From Octopus sinensis (taxonomy: Eukaryota), in contig NC_043018.1 of NCBI RefSeq assembly GCF_006345805.1, positions 434,001-498,000 of the forward strand: DNA of 64,000 bases. Reading direction: 5' to 3'. Below are positions 39,700-52,640 of the stretch, in pieces (the first letter of the stretch is position 1; every line of letters starts with the position of its first letter). The position numbers and the translations under genes are program-made. The notes below the pieces were generated by a model. It did not search any database. It had not been told where the DNA came from and saw only the letters and a list, made by a program, of their open reading frames with translations.

Positions 39700-39935
39700 T
39701 TTATACTTGTTTCGTTCATTTTGTGTGTGGCCATACTGGGGCACCACCTTTTATTCGCAGAAATCGACCCCCTGTACTCATTCTTTGTAAGCCTGGTACT
39801 TATTCTATCGGATAATTTCTGACGATCAGGTAGGTTACGGGGCCGTAAAAACAACAACTTCGGTTGTGAAGCAAATATGGAGGGTCAGGTAGACACAAAC
39901 ACACACACACACACACACAAACACACCACACACAC
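39700..39935 (-). mobile_element. SINE family A, diverged partial
   Basis: ggccatactggggcaccacc...cctggtacttattctatcgg. Confidence 0.75.
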
Positions 39936-40148
39936 ATACACACGGATATAGTGAGTATTTAGCAAAAATAAAAACCAGATGAAGACGGGTGTGTAAATAA
40001 CAAACAGATGTATTAGTTTAACGCTCAAGAAGTAAGAAAGTCTTCTACGTTTCCAGCCTACGCTCTTCGACAAAATGCAACACAGAAATATATATATATA
40101 TATATCTATATATATATATATATAATAATATATATATATATATATATA

Positions 40149-40182
<34 letters not shown>

Positions 40183-40186
<4 letters not shown>

Positions 40187-40294
40187 AATAAATGAAAAGA
40201 ATGAAGTTGAACGAAGATTTTAACAAAATTCCTTTACTTTCGACATAATTTTGTTAAAATCTTCGTTCAACTCCATTCTTTTAATTTATTCATA
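40183..40294. repeat. Hairpin with ~48-bp arms and 16-nt loop
   Basis: atgaataaatgaaaagaatgaagttgaacgaagattttaacaaaatt versus its reverse complement at 40247-40293, 2 mismatches. Confidence 0.95.
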
Positions 40295-40460
40295 TAAAAA
40301 AACACACAAATTTCCACACACGAACACGAGGTTCGGCCCTTGGCATGTAACTTCAACCGTGTTTTACTGACGTGAATTTGCTACCCTTGTACCGATTAAC
40401 CGAATTATCCATACTAGGATAATTCATTCATCTACTTAAATATATATATATATATATATA

Positions 40461-40612
40461 CGATAGAGTTCTCTCAGTTTCCGTCACCAAATCCATTTTA
40501 GTCGGTACGAGTCTATAGCAGAAGATACCTGTCCAAGTTACCATTTAGTGGGACTAAACCCGAACCATTTGCTTGGGAATCAAGTTCCTTACCACCAACC
40601 ACACCTGCAGCT
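40461..40612 (-). mobile_element. SINE family A head fragment, diverged
   Basis: cagtttccgtcaccaaatcc...gtgggactaaacccgaacc. Confidence 0.7.
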
Positions 40613-41487
40613 ATATATGTATATATCTACGTGTATGTGTGTGTGTGTGATGTGCGTGTGACTGTGTGTGTGTGTTTGTGTTTGTGTGTGTGTGTATATA
40701 TATATGTAAAACTATACGTAAATTCTGAATTTTCTCATGCTTCTCTATTTTTCTTACTTGTTCAGTTCAAGATCTATGGCCATGATGGGACCGCCTTTAG
40801 CTTTCCTATACTTTTTTTTCCTTATGTTTATTTATATCCCTAATATCCGTAATCATATACATACTCGTCTTACACAGACACACAGACATTAACACTTCCC
40901 ACACACATATAAACACACGCAAACACATATATATAATAGTTCTTAGTATATCTATGTCGATGTCTATACATATATGCAAACATAACATTCATATGTGCTT
41001 ATATATATAATATATACACATACATATATATATATATATATATTATATAATATATATATATATATATACATATATACATACATATATATATATATGTATA
41101 AATATATATATATATATATATACATATATACATCATATATATATATATATATATACATATATAATATACATATATACATACATAATATATATATACATAT
41201 ATACATACATATATAATATATATATATATATATATTAATATTAATATATATATATATATATAATGTATTGTTACGTGATTGTAAAATGAACAAACGTAAG
41301 TTTTCCATCTGGTGAGAAATACATATTATTTAATGGCCACTTTCCGTGTTTCTTCTCCCATTCATTATTTATTTCGTTATGATATGTGGTTTGTGCCTGA
41401 CGTATATATTCGATGCATTTCTCAATATAGGAAACTATTAGTAGCACATAAAAAATTGTATTGTGATTATTAAATTATATATATATA

Positions 41488-41788
41488 CTAGCAGTATCAC
41501 CCGGCGTTGCTCGGGTTTGTAAGTGAAATAACTATATAAGCATTTTTAGAGAGTTACTTCCCTTATATAATAGCAAAAAAATGCATTAAAAATGGGAGAA
41601 AAATTATGGTGAATTTTTTTTTTAAATCGTAGACTCATCGTAGACACGCGCTAATACCCAGAATGGGTCGATATGAATCACGACTATAAGATACCCGCTT
41701 TTGGTTACACAGCACCGCAAAATGTGGGAGTAGTTAGGAATCTAAGTCGTAGGAGACAGACACACAACTTCCCTTTTATATATAAAGA
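41488..41788 (-). mobile_element. Non-autonomous Helitron
   Basis: Minus strand starts A|TC, ends with the GC hairpin cccgagcaacgccggg followed by CTAG|T; no TSD. Confidence 0.85.
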
Positions 41789-41920
41789 TATATATATATA
41801 TATAGATAGATAGATATGGATATTCACTATGAGGATATTAAAAACCCTTATAGAGTTAGGTTTATCCAAGTTACCCTGGTTTAATATATTTTGAATAGAT
41901 ATCTCTTCTATAAATATATT

Positions 41921-42149
41921 TATTTCTTTACTACCCACAAGGGGCTAAACACAGAAGGGACAAACAAGGACAGATAAACGGATTAAGTCGATTACATCGA
42001 CCCCAGTGCGTAACTGGTACTTAATTCATCGACTCCGAAAGGATGAAAGGCAAAGCCGACCTCGGCGGAATTTGAACCCAGAACGTAAGGGCAGACGAAA
42101 TACGGCTACGCATTTCGCCCGGCGTGCTAATGTTTCTGCCAGCTCGCCG
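41921..42149 (-). mobile_element. SINE family F (Nin/Deu-like domain) with 18-bp TSD
   Basis: Head gcggcgagctggcagaa...gggttcaaattcc, domain gcctttcatcctttcggagtcgatgaattaagtaccag; TSD ctcttctataaatatatt at 41903-41920 and 42150-42167. Confidence 0.9.
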
Positions 42150-42502
42150 CTCTTCTATAAATATATTATAAACCGTCACATATTGTTGATAAGTTTGGAA
42201 ACGTAGAGATTCAATTGATACAAATGAACTTGTTAGTTATTTCACATTGCTACAATTCTTTCATTTTGCACCCAATTTTAATTTCAAAACTTGTATAATT
42301 ATATAATGTTTGCTTTTCTGACTATTTTGGCAGTAAGCTCTTCATGGCAAAATGGACGTTACAGAGTTTACATTTTGATCAATTGAAATACTCCAACAGT
42401 TTAAGCAGATGAAAGCGTGTTTGCCGTCTGCGTGTGTGTATGTGTGTGTTGTATGCGCGCGTGTGCAAGCCTTGATATTTTTTTATATTTTTATTTAAAT
42501 GC

Positions 42503-42557
<55 letters not shown>

Positions 42558-42808
42558 TAAAGTATATCGGAAAAAAAGATAATGAACGAAAACACCCAAA
42601 GCTCCACGAGGCTCCAGCAAGAGGTGTTGTACTCTTTTGCACCAACTTTCTCTCATTCTTTTTTTCCCTGCATCTTGGGTAATGCTGCAATGGACTGGCG
42701 TCTCGGCCAGCTGGGGGAACACATACGCCACAGAAAGCGGGAAACCGGGCCCATGAGCCTGGCTACGCTTGAAAAGGGAGCATAAATAAAGAAAAAAGAA
42801 TACATATA

Positions 42809-43224
42809 CAGGAGTGGCTGTGTGGTAAGTAGCTTGTCTATATATATATGTATTTATATATACATACATATATATATACATATATATATACACATATATA
42901 TATACATGCCAAAGCCTTGTGAATGGATTTGGTAGACGGAAACTGAAAGAAGCCCGTCGTATATATGTATGTATGTATATATATATATATATATGCGTGT
43001 GTGTGTTTGTGTGTCTGTGTTTGTCCCCTAGCATTGCTTGACAACCGATGCTGGTGTGTTTATGTCCCCGTCACTTAGCGGTTCGGCAAAAAGTGACCGA
43101 TAGAATAAGTACTGGGCTTACAAAAGAATAAGTCCCGGGGGTCGAGTTGCTCGATTAAAGGCGGTGCTCCAGCATGGCCGCAGTCAAAATGACTGAAACA
43201 AGTAAAAGAGTAAAAGAGTAAAGA
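42809..43224 (+). mobile_element. SINE family A with part of the head replaced by a (TA)n tract
   Basis: caggagtggctgtgtggtaagtagcttgtc-(TA)n-gccaaagccttgtgaatgg. Confidence 0.88.
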
Positions 43225-43450
43225 GTATACACATTTATGCCTACATCATTTTTAGAGATATGAAACTACAACAAAAAATAGTCCCCAAAACTCCAGTTTA
43301 TGTCACTTTCCCAACCCTTATAACCCAGTTCAGTTACATATGTGATGCCGAGTTAAATTCGTTCAGCAATTGCTCTTCCAATTCATATTGAACAATAAGC
43401 GTTTTAACCCTGATTATGGTAAGCGAAATGTATCCCTCTTACACAGAGCG

Positions 43451-43671
43451 TACTCTCTTTACTCTCTTTTTAACCTGTTTCAGTCATTTGACTGCGGCCA
43501 TGCTGGAGCACAGCCTTTAATCGAGCAACTCGACCCCGGGACTTATTCTTTGTAAGCCCAGTACTTATTCTATCGGTCTCTTTTTGCCGAACCGCTAAGT
43601 GACGGGGACATAAACACACCAGCATCGGTTGTCAAGCAATGCTAGGGGGACAGACACAGACACACAAACAT

Positions 43672-43717
<46 letters not shown>

Positions 43718-43876
43718 GACGGGCTTCTTTCAGTTTCCGTCTACCAAATCCACTCACAAGGCTTTGGTCAGCCCGAGGCTATAGTAGAAGACACTTGCCC
43801 AAGGTGCCACGCAGTGGAGCTGAACCCAGAACCATGTGGTTGGTAAACAAGCTACTTACCACACAGCCACTCCTAC
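43451..43876 (-). mobile_element. SINE family A
   Basis: Homology to A; tail-to-tail with 42809-43224. Confidence 0.9.
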
Positions 43877-44332
43877 TGGCAGGTATAATTCTTCAACTAC
43901 GGATACTTCTTCAGCTGTAGTTGGAAAGGATCATGACATGAGAATGCATTGCAATTTGAAGCAAAAATATTTAAGAATTCAATGTATCGACGAGAGTGTC
44001 ATAAGCTGTTACACACCGCTGGTCACAATGCGCTTCGTCGCTTGTGGATAAAGCTGTCTAGATAGGTAAGCCAACACAACTTGCTAACTGGAAGCGCTTG
44101 TCAGTCGCATAATTACATATTGACTGCGTCAATTGTAATCAATTGCTTTGGTTAAGAATTCAATGTTCCGCGTTTCTGGGAACCGAAACCAGAAACTTGC
44201 GATCGTGAGGTCGACACTCAGATAACTAAAATAGAAAATGATTTAAATGATGAGAGTTTCTTGCATAGCTCTTACTGAACTTTGACAAGTTCACTGAGAG
44301 GTAACTTTCGGAATATCTACCTATCAAGCAAC

Positions 44333-44430
44333 ATCCATCCATCCATCCATCCATCCATCCATCCATCCATCCATCCATCCATCCATCCATCCATCCATCC
44401 ATCCATCCATCCATCCATCCATCCATCCAT
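44333..44430. repeat. (CATC)n tetranucleotide microsatellite
   Basis: Direct reading. Confidence 0.97.
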
Positions 44431-44473
44431 CTATCTATCTATATGTATGTCTGTCTGTCTGGTTCTCTCTCTC

Positions 44474-44506
<33 letters not shown>

Positions 44507-44859
44507 ATCTATCTATTTTATATATGATGGTGCCCCAGCATCGCCACAGCTCATGAGACGAAACTGGTTCAATTCAATTCCTTCAATTCATGTGTGTATT
44601 TGAATGCGTGTATTTGAATGTGTATTATGGGTATGGCGAAAAAAATATATGAGAATTAAATAGCAATTTCGCCTGAATACGTAGAGACCGTAAACATTAC
44701 ATCAATAGGGTGCAAGGCAGATACAAACCCACCTTCAGTGCTTCTTTCAGAAGCATAAATACTGGAATATTAGCGAAATTATTCAACATTTATATTCGTA
44801 TATTGATAAAGATACTATACTTCATAGATATCCATTAGATATTTTTGAATTATGATAGT

Positions 44860-45095
44860 CGTATATAATAGACCTAAAGCCTCCGAGCTATATTATTGTG
44901 AAAAAACGGGGGAAAAAATAAATAAAAATCTTCCGAATCTCAAGATATTGCTGGCTCTACTTAAATATCACCACATGAATTACTTTAACAAATTCAGATA
45001 TTTCCGAATATTTATTTTATATAATTGGATATATAAAAAGATCAAATAGCTGCGTTTGTCACACATCCTCCAATATAAAGTCTGTCAGTCATTGT

Positions 45096-45149
<54 letters not shown>

Positions 45150-45890
45150 CAGTTCGTATTTTCTGATAAGACTTAATAACCTATATGAAGTTACTAATGA
45201 TCTGTATGATAAGTTGCTAAAAGACACTAAAAACTAAATATAAGAAAGCTAACATACAGAGATACAATGATATTAATGATGAGGCTAAATTCCTCGCTAG
45301 ACGTAGTAGTATCAGTGATAGATTAGAGCGCTTAGCTAAGAGAGAGATTTGTATTACTTTGAAAGACTAGAAGCCTAATTTTCCTGATAAACCTACTTGT
45401 TAAACCCAGAGGGATCTGAAATTGGTGAAGTAGCTAAAAATACACTAAAAACCATTAATAGTAGACCCCAAGAAATTCCTGGGCTTCAACAAGGGAATAA
45501 CAGCTTTACATTAATAAATTGGTTTAAGAATATTAAGAATAAGAATAAGGCTAAATTCACTTACTTTGATATTATACGTAGAATTTTAACCCTGTATATG
45601 TAGTTCGCTGCTTGATAAAGTCATTGAGTTTGCTAATTCGTATGTTGATATTGACCCTATAGACCTAGATTTTAATAGGTATGTGAAGAAAGCATTACTC
45701 TTTAGTAAAGGATTAGCATAAGTAAAAAAAGTCGTTTAATGATGAATTATTTGGTGTAACTATGGGGTCGAACGATAGTGCTGACATCTGTGACTTTTCT
45801 GTGTTTATTTGTATCGAACCTATTGAGATGTATGTACTCATTTCATGACGTTGGTCTATACCGACGCGACTGTATTACGCTTGTGCAAAT
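44860..45890 (+). mobile_element. Penelope-like element reverse transcriptase relic (probably Naiad-type)
   Basis: Frameshifted NNLYEV..YDKLL, ITLKD*KPNF..KPTC, LNPEGSEIGEVAK, INWFKNIKNKNKAKFTYFDI, LLDKVIEFA, VTMGSNDSADIC, DVGLYRRD (YRDD motif decayed). Confidence 0.85.
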
Positions 45891-46400
45891 GTATGTATGT
45901 ATGTATGTATGTTTGTATGTATGTATGTATGTATGTATGTTTGTATGTATGTATGTGTGTGCGTATGTGTGTGTGTGTGTGTATGTGTGTAGCTGTCTTT
46001 CTATAAGCAAATGTGACACTCATATCTCCGATGGCGTTATAGTGTAAGCATTAACGTCTCCTGTTTATTAATTCATTTAACACATCAAATATGATCTATC
46101 AATGTCTTAAACTTATATTCAACATATCATTTCAATCATAGTTCAAAGAAATTCCTCTTGATCTACGAACAAAGTCGTCAGTAGATTTACTGTAAAGTTC
46201 TTTCTAGCTGCGTAAGCGTAATCAATTTTTTTTCTCTTTTTTTTTAATGTGTAAAAAGACTAACATTATTAATAATTCACATTCCTGAGATTATGTGGAT
46301 TATATGTTAATACGCTTCTAACGCCGAAAAGCTGCGCTGTCACTAATGAAACCATTCCTAGGATCGTAAAAATTAAGTAAGATTTTACAATTCATTTACT

Positions 46401-46805
46401 ATCTTTACTCTTTTACTTGTTTCAGTCATTTGACTGCGGCCATGCTGGAGCACCACCTTCAATCGGGCAACTCGACCCCGGGACTTATTCTATTGTAAGC
46501 CCAGTACTTATTCTATCGGTCTCTTTTGCCGAACCGCTAAGTGACGGGGACGTAAACACACCAGCATCGGTTGTCAAGCAATGCTAGGGGGACAAACACA
46601 GACACATAAACACACATATATACATATATATACATATATACGACAGGCTTCTTTCAGTTTCCGTCTACCAAATCCACTCACAAGGCATTGGTCGGCCCGG
46701 GGCTATAGCAGAAGACACTTGCCCAAGGTACCACGCAGTGGGACTGAACCCGGAACCATGTGGTTGGTAAACAAGATACCTACCACACAGCCACTCCTGC
46801 GCCTA
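46401..46805 (-). mobile_element. SINE family A
   Basis: Homology to A. Confidence 0.9.
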
Positions 46806-47036
46806 TTTGGTGTTATTAAACAAATATTTTCCTCCGTTTTAATCTTACAACTCTTCTGGTACATAATTATCAAACTATATTTTAGTGATATTTTAGTGGG
46901 TCTTATATTTGAAACCGTATCAGATTAATTCTCACAAAATATGTCACAGCTTATCAGGTGAATTGCCCTGAATTGACCAGTCACAGTTAAGCTGCGATCA
47001 TTCGATTGTATGATTTCGTGCTGAAATCTTGCGTTA

Positions 47037-47466
47037 GGCGCAGGAGTGACTGTGTGGTAAGTAGCTTGTTTACCAGCCACATGGTTCCGGGTTCATTCCC
47101 ACTGCGTGGCACCTTGGGCAAGTGTCTTCTACTATAGCCTCGGGCCGACCAAAGCCTTGTGAGTGGATTTGGTAGACGGAAACTGAAAGAAGCCCGTCGT
47201 ATATATGTATATATATATATATATATATCTGTGTGTGTGTGTGTGTGTGAGTTTGTATGTCTGTGTTTGTCGTACCAACATCGCTTGACAGGCGATGCTT
47301 GTTTGTTTATGTCTCCGTCACCTAGCGGTTGACAAAGAGACCGATAGAACAAATACTGGGCTTACAAAGAATAAGTTCCGGGGTGGAGTTGCTCGATTAA
47401 AGGTGGTGCTTCAGCATGGCCACAGTCAAATGACTGAAACAAGTAAAAGGTTAAAAGAAAGATAAA
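47037..47466 (+). mobile_element. SINE family A
   Basis: Homology to A; head-to-head with 46401-46805. Confidence 0.9.
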
Positions 47467-47929
47467 AGATAGATTATAAGTAGAGACTCGAGAAACAGTC
47501 GTTGGAGTGGTTCGAGTGGTCACAGAGAAGATTGGCGAGCGAGATTCTAGTTCAGGTGCATGATCTAGGGTTAAAACGTATTACCTGAACTAGAACAAGT
47601 ACAATATTCTTACTTCTCCAAGCACAATGAGAGTCATTGCAACGTTCGTGTGTAAATAAATGATTTTCTGGAAATCTTCAAATGGACTTGGTGTTAATAA
47701 TGGTAACAAGAAGTAACCTAACCAACCTAACTAAATACCAATAATACATCTACTCCTTCCTAAAATCTAAACGCACGTTTTTGGAAATTATTTTCTCAAT
47801 AGAATAATAGTGACCTGGTAAAGAGTTGTGGCATGTTTATATTTTGAGAACGACGAGGTCGGGTTCGCTATCTATCCCTTCGGGGTTCATTAAATAAATA
47901 CCAGTTGCGCAATGAAGTGCTTCAGTTGT

Positions 47930-48157
47930 TTAACGCTTTTGTGTTCAGATTACTCTGTTAAATGTAATACTTTTTCACTCAAATTGTTTTGAATCAATCA
48001 GGCATTCTCTTATAGCTTTGAGGTTTCAATGACGTGATTGTTTATTTTTAGAATGTCAATGTAGATTAGGTGTGAGAGGCTAGATATGGCCAGTTCAAAT
48101 ATAAAACAAGTAGTATATTTGGGCCAGATATGGCCGGTTTAAACACTAAAGGGTTAA
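47930..48157. mobile_element. piggyBac-like MITE with TTAA ends
   Basis: ttaa-cgcttttgtgtt ... aacactaaaggg-ttaa; imperfect TIRs bounded by TTAA. Confidence 0.6.
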
Positions 48158-49257
48158 AGCAAGGCCCCAGCGTGGTCGCAGCCTTATGACTGAAACTGCG
48201 AGTAGTGTCGTAAAAAGAGATTCACTGTCAACACTTACATATATGCATTAATGTACAATATGTAAAAGAAAAAAAAAACAACTTCTGAATCATTTCTTCT
48301 TAAATCTCATTTTACTGAATATATTTTCTTAGGATCTCGAACAAACTAAAATTTAATTAATGATATTATAATTGATTAATTTAATTACCTAGATATTCAA
48401 AACTTAACATAGTTATCCATTTTCTTCTTTTGGACACATTTTTCATATTCCTGATAATATTGTCATACCTGTTTTTTTTTATCTAATTCTTCGTAGCTTT
48501 CTTAGGATACTCTTTTTCCCATTTCACCTTTCCTCTTAAATCTTCCATAAGATTTTCCAATATATCGTTTAGTGTTTTCGTATTTTGCTCTTATAATTTC
48601 GAAAGACATTAAAACCTTTAAAATTTAATTCTTTATCTCATTATTTCTTCGGAGATTAAATACAAAAATTTGATTGATTTTAAATATGAATTATCTTTAT
48701 TTCTCCTAGACAGTTAATCATTTGTTAATTATAAGCTTTAATCCGCACAACTTTGCCAATATAATATTTAGTGGTAATTTTATCAAATAAGCAGGTGTCT
48801 AGTCACCCTATTTTCATATATAAATAGTCATTTTGTATTATTGATTTCTGGCTCGAGTTGATGTTATACAAGAAAAATTGAAGTGCATACACAGAGTAAT
48901 TTTCATATAAGCACACTTTATTTTAAAAAATATATTCTATAATGAAATTTGAGATTACATTAATTATTCTTTGTTATTAATTTCGGTACGAGCTCCATAA
49001 CATTTACCATCAGAAACTCAGAATCTCTGTTTCCCGGGCAGCTATCTTTTTTTCTTTTTGCATTTTTTAATTATCAATATTATCAGGTCATCCTATAAGT
49101 TCTGTCTCGTTTTCCCCCTTTTTTGTTATATTGAATTAAATTTAATAGTATTTTAGAATGTGTAATGGAATTATTATTTTTTTTTGCATTTGTGTACATT
49201 TAAACTAATTAAATATTATTTTAGAGAATAATAGAATTAATATTTCTTTGATTAAAA

Positions 49258-49430
49258 CCCAAAGAGCATTTAAGGCACATAACACTTTAAGAGTACGATA
49301 AAAAGGAAACTCTGCAGCCGAAGCAACTGGAAACATACACTCAGTTTATGGGAAAGAATGCTTCATGAAAGAACTTGCAGAAAATGGTTTGCAGAATTCA
49401 GAAGTAGAGATTTCGGATTTTAAGATGTAT
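49258..49430 (+). mobile_element. mariner transposase N-terminal HTH fragment
   Basis: KEHLRHI...KGNSAAEATGNIHSVYGKEC..ERTCRKWFAEFRS. Confidence 0.85.
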
Positions 49431-49595
49431 AACCTCAAAACAAAATATTCACATTTATCCTTTCGGCGAATTAATTCAATGGCATTTACATGTTTATTGG
49501 AGTAATGTTTCACATTAGAAAGGTTGAAACCGATTAGGGTCAACCCTGCAATTGCATCACTTTAATGCTATTCCGATCCATCTTCGGGTTACGTT

Positions 49596-49816
49596 TACGA
49601 GGGGGTGCGGAAAAGATTCCGCTTTAAGGGTATCGCAAAAGGGATGGTTGAAGGCCTAACATTGCAAGTTCTCTTACAGGGCTTAGAAGAACTGAAGGAC
49701 CGCTGCAAAAAGTGTGTGAATGCGAGAGTGGGATATATCGAATAAAATCATAATTAACTAACCTGATTGAATTTTCTTTCCCCCAGAAGCTAGGAACTGT
49801 TCAGCACCCGCTCGTA
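49596..49816 (+). mobile_element. mariner-derived MITE, TA-flanked
   Basis: TACGAGGG...CCGCTCGTA termini; retains the transposase C-terminus ELKDRCKKCVNA; related copy at 54353-54575. Confidence 0.8.
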
Positions 49817-49839
49817 TAGCCAAAGGAGTTGTGCTGCAA

Positions 49840-50200
49840 GGAGTTGTGCTCCTTTGGAATCCCACCAGATAGAGAGAAGAACCTTTTTCCCATGAAGTTC
49901 CTTTCTCGGTAGTGGTTGAGCTTTTTCCCTTTTACCAAGCCACTGTTTAACATTTCTATAGAAGATCCATTTTTCGTCACCAGTCACAAGTCTATCCAGA
50001 AAGGGTGAAATGAGTTCGTGAAAATGGAGAGAAGAGCACACGTCGACTCGAGAGTTGCCGTTGATTTCGGACAATTCGTGATGTACACATTTTCGAAGTT
50101 TAGGAACCTTTCCAAATTGTTGAAGATAATGATGAACAGTTGCATGGTTTGAACTAAGCTTTATTACACTAAACTTGACTCGCGATGCGATGTGGTGTGA
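49840..50200 (-). mobile_element. mariner transposase central fragment
   Basis: HATVHHYLQQFGKVPKLRKCVHHEL...PFLDRLVTGDEKWIFYRN...KKVLLSIWWDSKG. Confidence 0.9.
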
Positions 50201-51599
50201 GTCATCTTGTTACCTAGGCTGAGTTTGAACTTAGTATACTTAGTACAGCATGTCTTGTTAGATGCTTTAAACAGTCTGCTAATCTATCACCATGAATAGA
50301 TATTTCGTTTATCGAATGTAAATTAACGCAAGATAAAATAGTTTTAAACAGAGGCAAATTCAAATCGAAGAGACCCAGAACGAATAATATGTGTCGGTGA
50401 AAGGGAACATGGAATTGCACGAGTAATTGTGTGTATCTTGTCATCTATACACAACTTTTTACTTTATATTTCCATAAAGTCATATTGAAATGTTTCGTTT
50501 AGGGAAATATCTCAGAAAGTGATGGAATAAAACACCTGTGCATACATACAATTTGAGGCAATTTATTTTCTAATAACTAGAAATGAATATCAATTACTGA
50601 AGATGGTTTTTGCAGTACTTTTTCGAGAAAACATGACGGAAATAACTGAGAGAGAAATGAGAGAAACGTGAATAATTGACAGCGTATTAACGATTAAAAT
50701 TATATATAAAAATTCTGAAACAGGAAATAATTCATGGAATTAATGCAACAGCGTCTGATACTATATTTAAATTGTGTCTATGCGTCGAAGAGTGTTCTTG
50801 ATCACGTGATAACATGAATCTATTCAATTGTTTGAGAAGAATGTTTAGTTGATAACCAAGTTAAATTTCATAAAAGACTAAATATTTCGCGTCAGAAGAT
50901 ACACTTCAATAGCAGCAGAAGTGAAATATTCGCATTAATGATCATATAAATGAAGTACTTCTCTTGCATACATGTTATTAACATACTACAATGAAAAACA
51001 AATCGCAAACATAATATTTAAAGTGACTACTTCAAAAGATACCGGAATTTCTCGGGTTTTGCATGACACGTTCCAGCTTTTCATTATCTTGATATTAATT
51101 ATTTCTCAATTTTAGCACAAGGCCAGACATTTTGTGATAAGATCTCGAATGCCTCGATCCCGGTGCTCAACTAGTATTTATTTTCTCAATCTAGGAATTT
51201 GAAATGCTAACGATAATTTGAATAAACACTTCCACTCGAAAGCAAAACCATCCAATTAAGTTCTTGGTAAAAGGAAGGTCTTGGTAATAAGAATGATGTT
51301 GATAAAAATGTACTAGACGTATATAATTTAGGAGGAGTAAGGGTAGTGAAAATAAAGTATATAAGAAAAGGCAGGAAGAAATAAAGACAAAATCGAGACA
51401 AACGTGGGTATCCATAATAACAGAGGAAATAGTAAAACCTCAACTAACTGCAAGGCACCCTGACAGAACAAGATCTCAAACTTCTGGTTAAAATAGTTAA
51501 TATATAAAATGAAATCAGAGAAATTTAATGATATACTGAGAGAGCAAGGGGCAATATCTGACTGATATACTAAAATGATACAAAAAACGAAAAGAATAT

Positions 51600-52640
51600 C
51601 GTAATCTCCAAATCCGCAGAAATGTCAAAAACTGAAAACTATAGACCCATAACAAAGTAAAGCATACACGAATGCAATAATATAGCAGAAAGTGAGCAAA
51701 ATGCAGAGCAACAATAGAAACCTTTTCTCAGAAGAATAGATGGGATGATGTAAATGCTCACATGACTGAAAATATTAATTATTGCTCAATAGTAATTAAT
51801 CCAAAAGCTGCCACGGGTAAAAGAAGTATCTGCATATAACATGGATTGAGTATCGACAAGCTTTTGATACATAGATTCTGGAAAACTATTAATGAATGAA
51901 GTAGCATCAATGATAAGAAAATCTATGAAATAGGTCTTAAATAATTGGCAAAGAGTTTCGCAATTGAAATACAAAAGAGACAACTTCTAAAACACAACCC
52001 CTGCTCTTTGGAAATGGAATTGTCCTGGTGTACTTCCTCTTACTATTGCTTTTCTTCTTGGCGTTGAAGTCTTTGACCAATATTCATAATGGAACTACGA
52101 GCTCGGTATATATGCTACATGAAGGCAAATTACTATCTTTTGTGTAGAGGTGATATCAAGCTGTATGCTGCAAAAGTACACGGATTTCAAAAGAAAGAAA
52201 TACGTTCGAGTCAAGCGACCTTGAAGAAAGGAAGCGTAATTAAGAACAATAAAATACTAAATAAAGAAACTGAGATAAGAGAATTTAACCGAAAGCAGAC
52301 ATACAATTACTTAGGAATCAATGAATTAGATATTGTACAAGAGACACAAATTAAAGTAAACACTAGGAAGTAATATTCTAAGAGCTTTAGATTAATTCTG
52401 AATACAGTTGAAAGCCGAAATGAAAGTAGTTGACATGAATACTCTAGCTATTCAAATAATATAAGTCACAGTTTTAATATGCCTGATTGGTCACTATATG
52501 ACCTAGCTAAAACAAGACCAGACAATGTAGGAAAGCAAGTAATCATAGCATTCATAATATCTCATCTAATACTTGAACCCGAGGAGCGATATTTATCAGG
52601 ATCGCAAGGCGAAAATTGGTTTATACAAACAGTAAACTAT
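51600..52640 (+). mobile_element. Decayed R4/Dong-type non-LTR retrotransposon RT
   Basis: ENYRPIT; WIEYRQAFD; LLCRGDIKLYA (YMDDIKLYA decayed); TYNYLGINE..I..TQIK; YLEPEE..SGSQG, in the expected order. Confidence 0.7.

Noticed and set aside
47545-47595. 13-bp perfect inverted repeat with 25-nt loop
   Set aside because: Isolated and short, with no family or functional context visible.
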